A stretch of DNA of 64,000 nucleotides from Utricularia gibba (GCA_002189035.1 CM007990.1:5146001-5210000), one strand, 5' to 3'; shown: positions 11,101 through 27,421, numbered from the stretch's first letter. Program-made: numbers and translations. The notes: generated from the sequence alone by a model not told the origin.

Positions 11101-12993
11101 AGTTCCAGGAGTTGTACATCATGAAATTGAAAATTATAGATCTGCTTGCATTAAAATGAGAAGCACACGTGTAAGCTTATTGGTAGGATAGCTTGGGACA
11201 CAGTAGTGGAATAAACGTGGTATGAGCACCTGTGGAATTGCACAACATCGAAAGATGACTGGATCCCGCACGGCAGACATATACTTCAAGCAATCATCTA
11301 CATGTGACAGAGCATCCGTAATCATCTCATTCAAGCACTGCACAGCCTTCACAGAGTTTTCTTCATACTTGAAGTCCTACGTTCACAGAGCCAATCAAAA
11401 TTCTCTCCCACAGAATACCATCTTTGTCATTAGAGAATAACCATACCTCAAGTTTCATGGCGTACTTGCTCCAAATCTCACGAGGCCAGAACATACGTGG
11501 CTTTGGCATCTCATTGATATCCTCCAGATAGTCTCTGATAATATTGACTTTCTGAAAGAATTAAGCAAGAAAATCCTTAACAGAAAGCGTCATTCTTCTC
11601 CCACATAGAATGACAAGCTTGTTTAACAGAAGTAGGAAGCATGGTGTACGGTTCTCTGAAATATGGGGAGGGAGAATCATAGATAATTGCCGTGTTTTGA
11701 TCTTATTCATAACACTACTACCACTTCAAACAATCCCAAAATCTAGTATCTTGTACCTGCAGAAAGACACCCATTGCATTAGAGAGAGTATCTGAAGCAA
11801 GATCTTCCCTCCCAGAAGCATGGAAAAGCCTCGACAACCCAAGTGCAACAAGCCCGGACGCATAGTGGCTGTACTCATTTAGATCGTCCACAGTTTCAAT
11901 CTATGAAGTACAAATAATCTCAAACATTTCATGGGTAGCAAAGGCTAGTCAGGCATACACAAGCACATAAACAAATTTCAGAATCATGGCATTAACAAGT
12001 TTGATTATCATGTACCTCCTGGCAAATGAATTTTGCCATTCCAGCCCCACTTCTCATGGTTACATCTTGTATTACCTCCTGAGATCTGCGCATAATGAAT
12101 GCATCAACTTTAGAAAGTGGATACCACAAACAGGCGATTATAACTATAGCTGCACATTTTGCTCACACCTTTTATCAAGCTCCAAAAAAGCAGTCTGAAC
12201 ATGATAGAACTTGTCCATGAGAACTTTGAACTCCTTTGTACCACCTACAAAGAGTAGATTTTACTGAACACTCTCAAGACAGAAAATAGCCGTTGCCAAA
12301 ATGAGGTAAGGAATCCAGAACTCACATGAAAAGTGCCACTCACGGTCGGGCACATGGCGATAAAAATCATTCAAAATAGGCACTTTCACATCTGTTTCAA
12401 TGCTTGTATCGTCCTCTGTTGGACAAGTAAATAACGCGGGAAGCATAATTAAATAGCATGCAAAATGGACTATGCAACCATCAAGACAACGGTTTATGTC
12501 AAAACATGCTTCTTTAACTAACCCAAAGAAATTAACACCAGAAACAGAGGAAATCAATCCATAAGAGCTGAAAAAAAGAAAAGCTTTAGGGGAATCCTAC
12601 CAACAGTGTCCAAAGCACGGAGGACTAAATAGAACACACAAAGCTGCAACAAGGAGACATGAAGTGCTTAATCGATCCATCACTATTTCAATTCAAATAA
12701 ATGTAAAATTTTCATCAAATGCTTTCTACAGTCCACCACCCGCATCAGAAAGCACCATGCTGGCAACACACCCCACACGTCACTGAAAATCCGATGAACT
12801 GAAAACTCACGGTATCCCGAAGATCGGAATCCAACTGGTGGATCACGAGAGCGCAACTTCTAGAAACCTTTTGGAGCATGGTGTAACAAAACCGCCAGTG
12901 TGGCTCCTTGGGGATCTGCTTCTCCACCCTCTTCATTTCCATCTTCAGTTTCAGCAGCGGGTATAATTCGTCCAAATGCTGCAGCATCCCCAT
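11085..12993 (-). pseudogene. SQS: Squalene synthase-like copy C: exons 1-8 intact, exons 9-13 deleted
   Basis: Exons 12993-12811, 12643-12601, 12415-12326, 12244-12169, 12085-12016, 11900-11757, 11551-11447 and 11376-11230 are in frame. After the exon 9 acceptor (11141) only ATC matches; the frame then reads [17 protein letters not shown] (TGA 11087-11085). Confidence 0.85.
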
Positions 12994-13642
12994 TCCTCCA
13001 CTCCCCTAACCGACACTCTCGTCCCTGGAGACAAGCCGCTAGAAGCATGGAAAGAAAAACAGGTGCAGAAATGCCCACTGCCGAGTCATCAGCCCCCACC
13101 CCCAGAGAATCCTATCTTCAACCACACCGACGAATGGCGACGTGACTTCCCTCCATTTCTTTGACATATTCAAATCCCAAGACACAAAAAAAAAACTATT
13201 GAATAAAAGTACGAAAAATACTAATCACATAATATTATATGAAAATGTTTCTTCTAGTTCCTTATCCTTCTTCTTCGGGAGTATGCCAAAATATCTACTA
13301 TTTTTTTTATTATTTTTTCAATCTTTTTGGTTGTTTGTCTTTATATGCACTTCCATATCTTCCTTTTTTCAGATTTTGATGTGATTGTTCATGTACAAAA
13401 ACATGTATCTCCTCTTTGTCTTGTTCAACTTTATTCCATTTTTTTCCTAGTGTTGCATGTCATGGTTCCTTGCAGGAATCGAATTGATAATTTACAAAAA
13501 CATAAGTTTACATATCAAATGCTTTTCAAAACACAAAATATGAGAAATTCAACACCATTTAGTGTTTTTTTATTCAATACAAATAGTTTCTCGCGAGAGG
13601 AATCTTCTGCAGCAGCAAATGATCCTGCAGCAAAAACATCAG

Positions 13643-16336
13643 CTACACAACACAGGAGTGGAGCGAGCTCCTTCTGAAAGAGTCAAACTTACAATAACTG
13701 ATCACTCCATTAGAGTACAAGTAGGCCAGAAACACCGCCAGCAAGATGAGAATGATCGAAACCTGACAATTCAGAACGACACCGAATCACTCTACCAGCA
13801 AACACACTTGATACATGTACAGTGATTATTTGGAAGCCATAAAAACTAACCGAAGATGCACTGATCTGGGGCTTGCTCTCTATGATGTAGGATCTCCTGT
13901 TGGATGCACATATGATTAAAGTTTACTCCAGTTTTATCAAATGGGACAGCAAGATGGTTCCATACCATTGCCTCATGGTTCCCGAGCTCTTGCAGTTTTC
14001 CAGAATGGATTCCAGGCGATCTTTTGTCTTGATTGAATTGGGATCCGCCTCATCAACCTGTATGTTAGCAGAAGAGGTTTCCAGAGCATCATCACAAAAT
14101 CTACAAAGGCCAACTTCAATGGCTAGGAAGATTACCTTGGACTTTAGAACCAGAGAGAAATCATGAAACGCCCCATAAACATCTGAAATCGTGTTGGTTC
14201 TGTAAATGATTTTAGCAGTCAGACCTACCCCAACATCAAACAAGAATAGTTAGAAATAAGAGTCACTTTTAAGGATATGAATGGAGTGAATGTTGGGACA
14301 TGGGAGTCATGATGATCATACCGCGCCTCATTTTCACCACACCTCTGAAAACCTGAAGGTTGTTGTAGCACAAAGCTAAAGTACCAATGGCCATGATCTG
14401 GTTGCATTAGAATGAGAAGCACACGTAAGCTCATCAGTAGGAGAGCTTGGGACACAGTTGTAGAATAAACGTGGTATGAGCACCTGTGGAATTGCACAAA
14501 ATCGAAAGTTGGCTGGATCCCGCAAGGCAGACATATACTTCAAGCAATCATCTACATGTGACAGAGCATTCGTAATCATGTCATTCAAGCACTGCACAGC
14601 CTTGACAGAGTTTTCTTCATACTTGAGATCCTACTTTCAGAAAGCCAAATACAATCAAAATTCTCTTCCACAGAATACCATCTTTGTCATTCGAGAAAAA
14701 ACCATACCTCGAGTTTCACGGCATACTTGCCCCAAATCTCACGAGGCCAGAACATACGTGACTTTGGTATCTCATTGATATCCTCCAGGTAGTCTCTGAT
14801 AATATTGGCTTTCTGAAAGAATTAAGCAAGAAAATCCTTAACAGAAAGCTTCTTTCTTCTCCCATATAGAATGACAAGCTTGTTTAACAAGTATGATTCT
14901 CTGAAATATGGGGAGGGAGAATCATGGATAATTGCCGTGATCTGATCTTATTTATAACACTACCACTACTACTTCATACATTCCTAAAATCTAATATATT
15001 GTACCTGTAGAAACAAACCCATAGAGTTGGATAGAGTATCTGAGGCAAGATCTTCCTTTCCAGAAGCATGGAAAAGCCTCGACAACCCAAGTCCAACAAG
15101 TCCGGCCACATAGTGGCAGTACTCATTGTAATCATCTACAGTTTCAACCTAGGAAGTACAAAAAATCTCAAGCATTTCATGGCTAGCAAAGACTAGTCAG
15201 GCATACACAAGCAGATAAACAAATTTCAGAATCATGTCACTAACAAGTTTGATTATCATGTACCTCCTGGCAAATGAATTTCGCCATTCCAGCACCCATT
15301 CTCATGGTGATATCTTGGATTACCTCCTGATAACTGCACGAAATGAAAGCCTGGACTTCAGACTGTGGGTATCACATAAATAACGATTTAGCATCCACCA
15401 TCAGAATGAAAAGCATCTTTCACCCTCAACGGATTATAACTTTAGCTGCACATTTTGCTCACACCTTTTACCAAGCCCCAAAAAAGCAGTCTGAACATGA
15501 TAGAACTCGTCCATGAGAACTTTGTACTCCTTTGTACCACCTACAAGAGAATAAGAGAGTAGATTTTACTGAACACTCTCAAGACAGAAAATAGCCATTG
15601 CCAATATGAGGTAAGGAATCCAGAACTCACATGAAAAATGCCACTCACGGTCGGCCACATGATGATAAAAATCAATCAAAATAGGCACTTTCACATCCGT
15701 TTCAATGCTTGTATCGTCCTCTATTGGACAAGTAAACAACGAGGGAAGCGTAATTAGCTCAAATGCATTCGGTGCTGAAATTTCAGCACGCAACACCAAA
15801 AAAAAAAAATGATGAGTCCTCTCATAAAAACAAGATGGACTATCCAACGATGAATCGCAAGGGTTTATACCAAAGTTTGCTTCTTTAACCATCCCAAAAA
15901 ATACCCCATTCCGGCCGTAGGGCTTCAGAAATCAATACATAAGAGCAGAAAAAACAAAAGCTTTAGGAGTTGGAATCCTACCAACAGTGTCCAACGCACG
16001 GAGGACTAAATAGAACACGCACACCTGCAACACGGAGACGTAAAGTGCTCAATCGATCCATCACCATTTCAATTCAAATAAATTTACTGTCGCATCAAAT
16101 GATTTCCACGGTAAACCACCCGCATCGAAAAGCACAACAAAACAAAAACTCACGGCATCACGAAGATCGGAATCCAGCTGCTGGATCACGAGAGCGAAAC
16201 TTCTAGAAACCTTATGGAGCATGGTGTAACAAAACCGCCATTGTGGCTCCTTCGGGATCTGCTTCTCCACGCTCTTCATTGCCGTCTTCAGTCTCAGCAT
16301 CGGGTATAATTCGTCCAAATGCTGCAGCATCCCCAT
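13643..16336 (-). CDS. SQS: Squalene synthase, copy D (most canonical copy, likely the housekeeping SQS)
   Basis: 13 exons (exon 1 16336-16154, exon 2 16024-15982, exon 3 15720-15631, exon 4 15540-15465, exon 5 15333-15264 and so on). Motifs [56 protein letters not shown] and a TM tail. Confidence 0.95.
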
Positions 16337-16457
16337 TCTTCCACTCCCCTAACTTACACCCTCGCCCCCTCCCCCTGAATCCTTGAACCCAGAAATAGGA
16401 AAAGCAAACAGCAGCGCAAATGCCCAACTGCCCAGTCAGCGCGCTGTTGGAAAGTCG

Positions 16458-16472
16458 CCCCCCCCCCCCCCC
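16458..16472. repeat. C15 homopolymer (G15 on the gene strand) upstream of SQS copy D
   Basis: Seen directly; the equivalent position in copies A-C is a shorter cccccacccc tract. Confidence 0.85.
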
Positions 16473-17517
16473 TGCCCCGCAGAGAATTCAACCTTCAACA
16501 ACGCCAACGAATGACAACCGTTGCCGATAACTCTGACCCGAGGAACAACTGCGGTTTTTTTAATTCGTTTTTCATCACTTATTACATTAATTTCTGTATT
16601 AAAAAAAAGATCTTTTTTTCCTTTTGTCCTCGTCCTCCAGGTTGAACTTCGGGAGTTCTAAATGGGAGGCGTATTTGACTGAGGGCTGACCCGGTCAACA
16701 TTGACTAGTCAAACCATATGGGCTTCAAATTCAAAAAAATTTTAATTTCAAATTACCAATTATTATTTTTATATTAATTGATAAATTCGCTTATATTCTT
16801 TTTGCAAGTTAACCTGATTAAGAAGATATTAGGGTTACGTGATAGAGGAATAGTTTATGTTACTATTTGGATGTACTAAATATTGTACACTATAACGTAA
16901 ATCCCAATTAACATATTTTTATCAGGCGGCATTTAATAAAGACGTCAACGCCAATTAATAGTTTTTGGAATATGGGAGACTTTCAGCACCCCTCGTCAAA
17001 TTACGTCAACCGAGTTTTTATTTTATTTATTTATAGAGAATTTATTTCACCTTAAATTAAAACACACGAAAAACAAAAAAGAGTTGTCCTGAAATCGCAT
17101 CAAAAGAGGTTTGGGGAATGATTGACGGCGCAGTGAAAACAGTCAAATCCCACAGTAAAAAAAAGTTGGTAGGGGCGATCACCGTAAATTTTGAATTCGT
17201 GGTAAATTTCAAATAAAATGATGAGATTCGCAAGAATTTGGGGGGAACAAATTTAAAATTTTGGGATCATTTTTCATAGAGGGGTGCTGATCTCCTTTTT
17301 GTATAGTTGTATCTGAGAGTTAAACCTACCATGGACTCATCGTCTCAGAGATAGCAGCCAATGCCATATGTCACCACTACCGAGTTTGCAAGGATGAACT
17401 ACATGCAGTTGAGCAGGAAGGCCAAAGGACGGGGCATGATGATCGCTGCGCAGATCCGGGAAGCTCCTTTCTTTCAAATCCCTGGGCTTTCTTTTTTGTT
17501 CTTGGGTAGGCTAGGGA

Positions 17518-18619
17518 TTAGGGATTATGATTAGCAGCACGTTTTCCTGGGAACCCTCCTCGCCGGTTTCCCACCAGCGCCACAGAAGTTTTCTGTCCCG
17601 TCCCATCCCTCGCCGGCGTAAAGCTTACAGGAAGAAACTCGTCACTTTCACAATCGAATATGGACTCCGAGAAGTGCTTCACCAACGCCTCCTTCCCCTA
17701 CAAAGTATGCATGAAATGAAAAGCTGTGAAACTGTTGGGGGATGGCGGCCTCGGAAAAGGAAGCGAGAGCGGGACCTGGACTTTCGCGGAGACGACTTCG
17801 ATCTTCTTGTGCCAGTTGTCTCGGACGGGGAGGCAGCTCCACTCTTTGGAATGGAAGGCCTGGAAAAAGTTCCATGCTGATAGGGTGTTGGTGAAGTTGA
17901 CGAAGGCAAACCCTCTGCTTTTTCTAGTTCTGTGGATGCATGAATCATGGATTCAGACGAGAGCTAAAGGGTTTGAGTTTCAACTATTTGTATACCTGAA
18001 ATCAATTGGCAAGTAGACAAAATCATAACCACAGACAACACCCAGATCTGATTCTTTGCTGTTTTGTGTGACACAGAAGGAATCGATGACCGAAATCAGC
18101 TCTGTGCGGCTGTAGAAAAACCAGCAAGATGGAAACAAATCAGTAAAAAAAAGAACAGAACAATTTGACAAGGAAAGAAGAGAAAAGAAGAAAATACGCG
18201 CAATCATAAGGTATGTTCTTGATCATGACTGTTGTTTTACTGTCTTCTCGAGCAAGCGGCACGGTCTCGTGCGGGGTGATCACTTTCCGTATGCTGTCAT
18301 CTCGTGTGAGAAACCCTAGACGACCTTTCTCGTTTCGTCCTTTCAATCTGCTTCCTCGAGATGGTTTCTTCGCCTCCCAGGTGTATCCAGAAGCCGCTTG
18401 GCGATGGGGTTTCTCGAACGGAGGAAGCGGCGGTGAGAGAGAATGGAGATGGTAGTAGCGCGGGAGTTCGTAAAAGGAGGAGTGCTGCGCGAAGAGAAGA
18501 GTAGGAGAAGACGGCGGCGGGAGGTAGTCGACGTTGAAGGCGGCGCATGGAGGAAGCGAGAAGATGAGGGCGGAGGATGGACTGAATTCCGGTGCACCGG
18601 GGTTCAAGCGGCGTGGCAT
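17518..18619 (-). CDS. MEI2 C-terminal-RRM-only (MCT/terminal ear1-like) RNA-binding protein, about 289 aa
   Basis: Exons 18619-18198, 18109-17996, 17929-17776 and 17697-17518 give MPRRLNPGAPEF...KTTVMIKNIPYDCARTELISVIDSFC...YDFVYLPIDFRTRKSRGFAFVNFT...AKVQGKEALVKHF...DEFLPVSFTP, i.e. the MEI2 RRM3 signature only. Confidence 0.88.
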
Positions 18620-19359
18620 ATTTCTCGGTGTCCGTGGCGAAGACGCAAAGCGACGCACGGGTTAAACTCAGCCGGAGAAGATAATTCCGACTTATCTTAT
18701 TTAATTTTAACCACGATATTTATAGCTGTATTTTTATTTTTTAACCGACTTATCTTCTATTTAAAAATAATATTGAATATAATTCTTTATTAATCGAAAA
18801 TATTTCAATATTTTTTTAAAAGAAATTCCAAATGATTTAATAATTAATGTGAAAATTGAGTAATCGATGGTTGGGGTGGGCCAAGCCCATCTGGAAAGTG
18901 ACCGTTGGGAACAAGAAATACGATAACCGGCAAGGTGGGCCCATGATCCTGATAACACGGCCCCACCACTGGAACAACCAGCTATGAGTGATGGGAGTCG
19001 GATTGGATTGCGTTGCTTTTCAACCGCTCTGCGTTCGGGAGGAGATCTGTTATCCGCATTCCAAAGCTTTTCGCGCTTTTGTCTGCTTCCTTTTTTGGCA
19101 GAGGGATTCTTGGAGATCTGGGCCACGCTACTCAGGTGATTGTTCGGGTGATCCGATTCGGAATGCTTCTGTTTTTGTCTGATTCGGTGTGCATTAGACT
19201 TCTTTGTATGATGTGGGTCGTGGATGAATTGGGGTATTGGAATCTTTTGACAGGATCTGAGTGACTTTAGATTTGATTGGTTCTGTTGTGAATTTGACTG
19301 ATGAGCAATGCATGGGATGATTTTGTTTCCAGAGAGGAAGGTTTGGTGATGATTGAAGA

Positions 19360-21248
19360 ATGGGGAGGAAGATCGGATGGTTATCGAAAGTAAAGAAGGC
19401 TCTCAGTCACGATTCCAAGCGAAAAAAGGCTGAGGTTTGTATGATCTTTTATAGTTTTATTGGCTGCGCAATCCTTTGAACTGCTTTCTTCTTCCTTCCA
19501 GAGGACGAAGGTGGAATGTGATGTAACAGAGAAAGAAAAGCCGTCGGTGAATGTAGATCCACTTACTGAAGTGCCTCTTCCTCCTTTTGTGCCACAAGTA
19601 ACTGAAGAGGCGAAGGTTGAGTTTGAGAATGAGCAGACGGTTCAAGCTCACTCTGTTTCGGATGTAACCGCTGAAGCAGTTGATGCTGCAGCTTCGGATT
19701 CAGAGGTTGCCGCAATTGACTCTCAACAAGCTGCATCTACACAATTGACAGGAAAACTGAAGCGCGAAGTCGCAGCAGTGCGAATCCAGAATGCCTTCCG
19801 AAATTATAAGGTCGTCCCGAATATTCAGTAATCATGGGTGGATTTTGAAGGATTATTGGTGTTGATACTGTTTAAATCATTGTTATTATCATTATCAGGC
19901 TAGAAAGGAGCTAAGGACTCATAGGGGGCTAGCCAGGCTCAAGTCCCTTGTTGAGGGACCGTTTGTAAAACGCCAAACTTCAAGCACCTTGAAAAGCATG
20001 CAAGCTCTGTCCCGTGTGCAGTCTCAGATTCAGTCAACAAGGATCCGAATGTTGGAGGAGAACCGGGCACTTCAGAGACAGCTCCTGCAGAAACGTGCAC
20101 AGGAGCTAGAGAGCATGAAAGTTAGTTTTGGCTGCAATTTTATTAATATTTCGCGCTATTCAGGTGCTAACGTTAATCAAATCACTAGTAACTGGTTCAG
20201 TCCTTTTGATGAGTCATTGGTTAGTGTGGATCACGTGTGCTTGTTCAGATGGATTATTTTCCTTGAATGATGGTGCTGAACTTTTTTCAACTTTTGATGT
20301 CATCTTGTCCACTGTCATTGAAAAAAAAAAATCTTGCCCACTGTTTGTAAATGTATGTGTTGCCCTTTTCCAGATTGGTGAGGATTGGGATGACAGCCTG
20401 CGATCAAAAGAGAAGATTGAGGAGAATTTGCTGCAGAAGTATGAAGCTGCAATGAGACGAGAAAGGGCACTTGCGTATTCATATACTCATCAGGTACTGC
20501 TCTGCATTACACATCATTGAACTTAAGAGTAACCGGACAGGATTCAGATGCAGTAGTTGCCTTTCATAGATTCTGAAACTGGGGTACCTGGTTAATGTCT
20601 TCTTCTCATGAATAGCAAACATGGAAGAAATGTCCAAGACCTATCAACTTATTGTTCATGGACCCGATGAATCTCCAATGGGGCTGGAGCTGGCTAGAAA
20701 GATGGATGGTTCCCACGTCAGTTGAGTCGACAAAGAGCATAGCGGAAAGGGATCTCAATGGTGATCCACCATCAACCGAAAACATTAGTGCAGGAGAAAT
20801 CACCAAGTCTTTTGCTCGCCATCAGCTGAACTCCAAGACCAATCCGTCTACTCCTGCCAGCCAAAAGCTGGGTCCTGCCACCCATTCTTCACCTGCAAAT
20901 TCTTCGTCAAAGATGACCGGGAGAAAAATAAAGACTGGCAGCCCAAAACAGAGCCTGGCAAATCAAGATGATGATTCAAAAAGCAGCACTTTAAGTGTTC
21001 ATTCTGACAGGAACAGGAGGAGCTCAATACCTGGCTCTTCGATGGATGATGCTGAAAGCATGGGCAGCTCCCCTTCTGTTCCAAGTTACATGGCAACCAC
21101 CCACTCAGCAAAAGCCAAGTTGAAGTTGCCAAGTAGTCCCTTGGGAGTGGAAAATAGGCGCCCATTGGAGAAGGCAGCAACTGTTCCTCCCAAGAAACGA
21201 CTTTCCTTTCCTCCATCACCATCAAGGCCTCGGAAGGTCGAGGCATGA
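19360..21248 (+). CDS. IQ67-domain (IQD) calmodulin-binding protein, IQD1/2/3-like
   Basis: MGRKIGWLSKVKKALS start; IQ motif AAVRIQNAFRNYK|ARKELRTHRGLARLKSLVEG split by a phase-0 intron; WDDSLRSKEKIE...AAMRRERALAYSY; WGWSWLERWM; PSYMATTHSAKAK; KKRLSFP. Confidence 0.92.
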
Positions 21249-21642
21249 CTCCCTTTCTGAGAATGAGATTCTCTGTTGAAGGTTGGTTCATCTCCTCCCA
21301 CCCTGATTTCTTTGAAAACAATGGGCATCAGAGCAAAGGTTGAGAGGGTCGCAAATCACGTTTATCTCCTTGTATGTATTATGTATCCATTGTTTGAGAG
21401 TTTGCTTTCAATAGCTTGTCTGAATCAGTGAGTTATTCATCTGTTGTAAGTTTCTTTGAGTTGTATGAGTAAACTGGAAGTTGTTCCATAAATGTATAAT
21501 TTATTATTTTTTTTTCTCCTGGAATACATTTGTTTAAGGTATGGAGGCCCAATTTTTAATTAAGAAAACTGAAAGGGCCCAGCCCACAAGGTAAAAGCCC
21601 AGAGGGTTTACCTAAGTCGTTGGCGCCACATTCCCACAAGAG

Positions 21643-21651
21643 TTTCCCGCC
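21643..21651 (+). promoter_or_regulatory. E2F-binding site (TTTCCCGCC) in the MCM4 promoter
   Basis: Consensus E2F element about 80 bp upstream of the MCM4 ATG, with site II (GGCCCA/AGCCCA) motifs at 21545-21600. MCM genes are established E2F targets. Confidence 0.7.
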
Positions 21652-21729
21652 AAAACCAACGTCACTGATCTTCATTGCGGACACTTTGCTTCTCTAACAG
21701 TGGTGCTTTCTCCTACTGGTTTGGCGACA

Positions 21730-25889
<4,160 letters not shown>

Positions 25890-26527
25890 AAGCTGCTAAA
25901 TACGCATTCTTCCTCTTCCTGTACATGTGCGGTGGCCTTGTCTCCGCATTTGGCTCAGATTTCTCAGCTTCCGTCCAATGAAAGCGATCCAGAAGACGTG
26001 CTCTGCCTCCTACCTACAAGCCCCAGGAGGATCGCCAGATGTCGAACACAGAAATCGGTGTTTGTTTGACAGTTGAAAAAACAAGGTGAAAATGCAAGTC
26101 CTGGATTTAAACTACTACTAGTACCGCACCGCGGCGCCTTCGCCTTCACCTTCACCATTGTTGAAGGTGCTCCTCCACAGCGGGTTCGGGTTTCCGAGCT
26201 GGAGGCTTCTGTTGCTTCCGCCGATCATCATCCACTCGGATTCTTTCAAGTTTCAAAACGCCCAATCGATTGCGACTTAATAGGATATTAACATGTAGGA
26301 TCGCTCCTGCAATTTATTATTAATTAACACAACTCACTCGAATAATTGTAATTAGTAAGAGTATAAATATTCAGAATTTATTTATACTTCGGACATATTT
26401 AATTTGAAAACACACATCATGTAAGTTTTATTAATAAAATATAATTTTTTTTATCTGTTTTAATATACTTGAAAAGTAATAAAAAAAATAATAAATATGG
26501 AATCCAAGTCTCGATATACACTGCACA

Positions 26528-27421
26528 TCAGCAAATGTTGCCACGAAGAAGACTCCTGTATATGGCAATCATTGATATCAGGAGGAAGATGAAAACCAGT
26601 GAGACGGACATGACCACTAAGACGGCCAGATTTCTCAGACGGCGATATGGCAGTGGCGACATTTCTAAATAACGCAGGGGAGAGTCCTTTTTGATCCGGC
26701 ATTCACAGTAATGGCGATGGAGCCGCCTCCCACAGTTGTAGCAGAAGTCAATCCCGCATCTGAATCAACAAAAACCAGAAACAGGTCGGAAAACAGGGAA
26801 CCCACAAGACCAGAAACAGTAAGATCAGTCACCTGCATCTCATCACTGAGCAGCCCTCCCCCAACTCCACGAATTGCTTGCACCGGGGGCATCTCATCCA
26901 CCGGCTTGCATTCGCAGTTCTCACAAACGCCGCGTCGTCGGGATTCATATTCTCCTCGCATTCATGATCCCTGTGACAAATCATCTGGCACTCGAAGCAG
27001 AACCATTTTTTGCACCTTGGGCACTTGGTTTTCTTCACCCTGTCGTCGCCGCACTCGTTGAGGATCAACTCGCTGCAATTGGGGTAGGGGCAGTAGCACC
27101 TCCTCCCCAAGTCGAAAACGGCGGAATCGCAGAGGACGTCGCACCACCGGAGGAACAGCGCGGTGCCGGTGAATGACTCGGGATCGAGAGCGCAATGGCA
27201 GCCGATCGCGGGGCAAATGATGAGGTCCACGTTGTCTTCGAGCTTGTAGGCGATGTACTCCGCCATGCAGTCGGTGCAGAAGGGGTGGGAGCATCTATTC
27301 CCGTTCCTGAAAAGCCTGCCCTTAGTGAGCTCCATGCATATCTCACAGGTGAACTCTACTTCGCCGCCTGAGTCCGACGGCGGCGCTCCGGCAGCAATAA
27401 TTTTGGGACTTCCCCCCTCAT
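26528..27421 (-). CDS. Small RBR (RING1-IBR-RING2) E3 ubiquitin ligase with a C-terminal transmembrane helix; start apparently frameshifted
   Basis: FTCEICME...CSHPFCTDC...CPAIGC (RING1), CYCPYPNC...KCPRCKKWFCFEC (IBR), RCPRC...GCSVMRC|RCGIDFCYNCG (RING2), then LAVLVVMSVSLVFIFLLISMIAIY. The only ATG upstream of RING1 (27421) is one base out of frame across a G6 run. Confidence 0.8.

Noticed and set aside
25890-26260. Coding-like GC-rich stretch convergent with the MCM4 3' end
   Set aside because: Several short ORFs and possible splices, none matching a family; may be UTR sequence.
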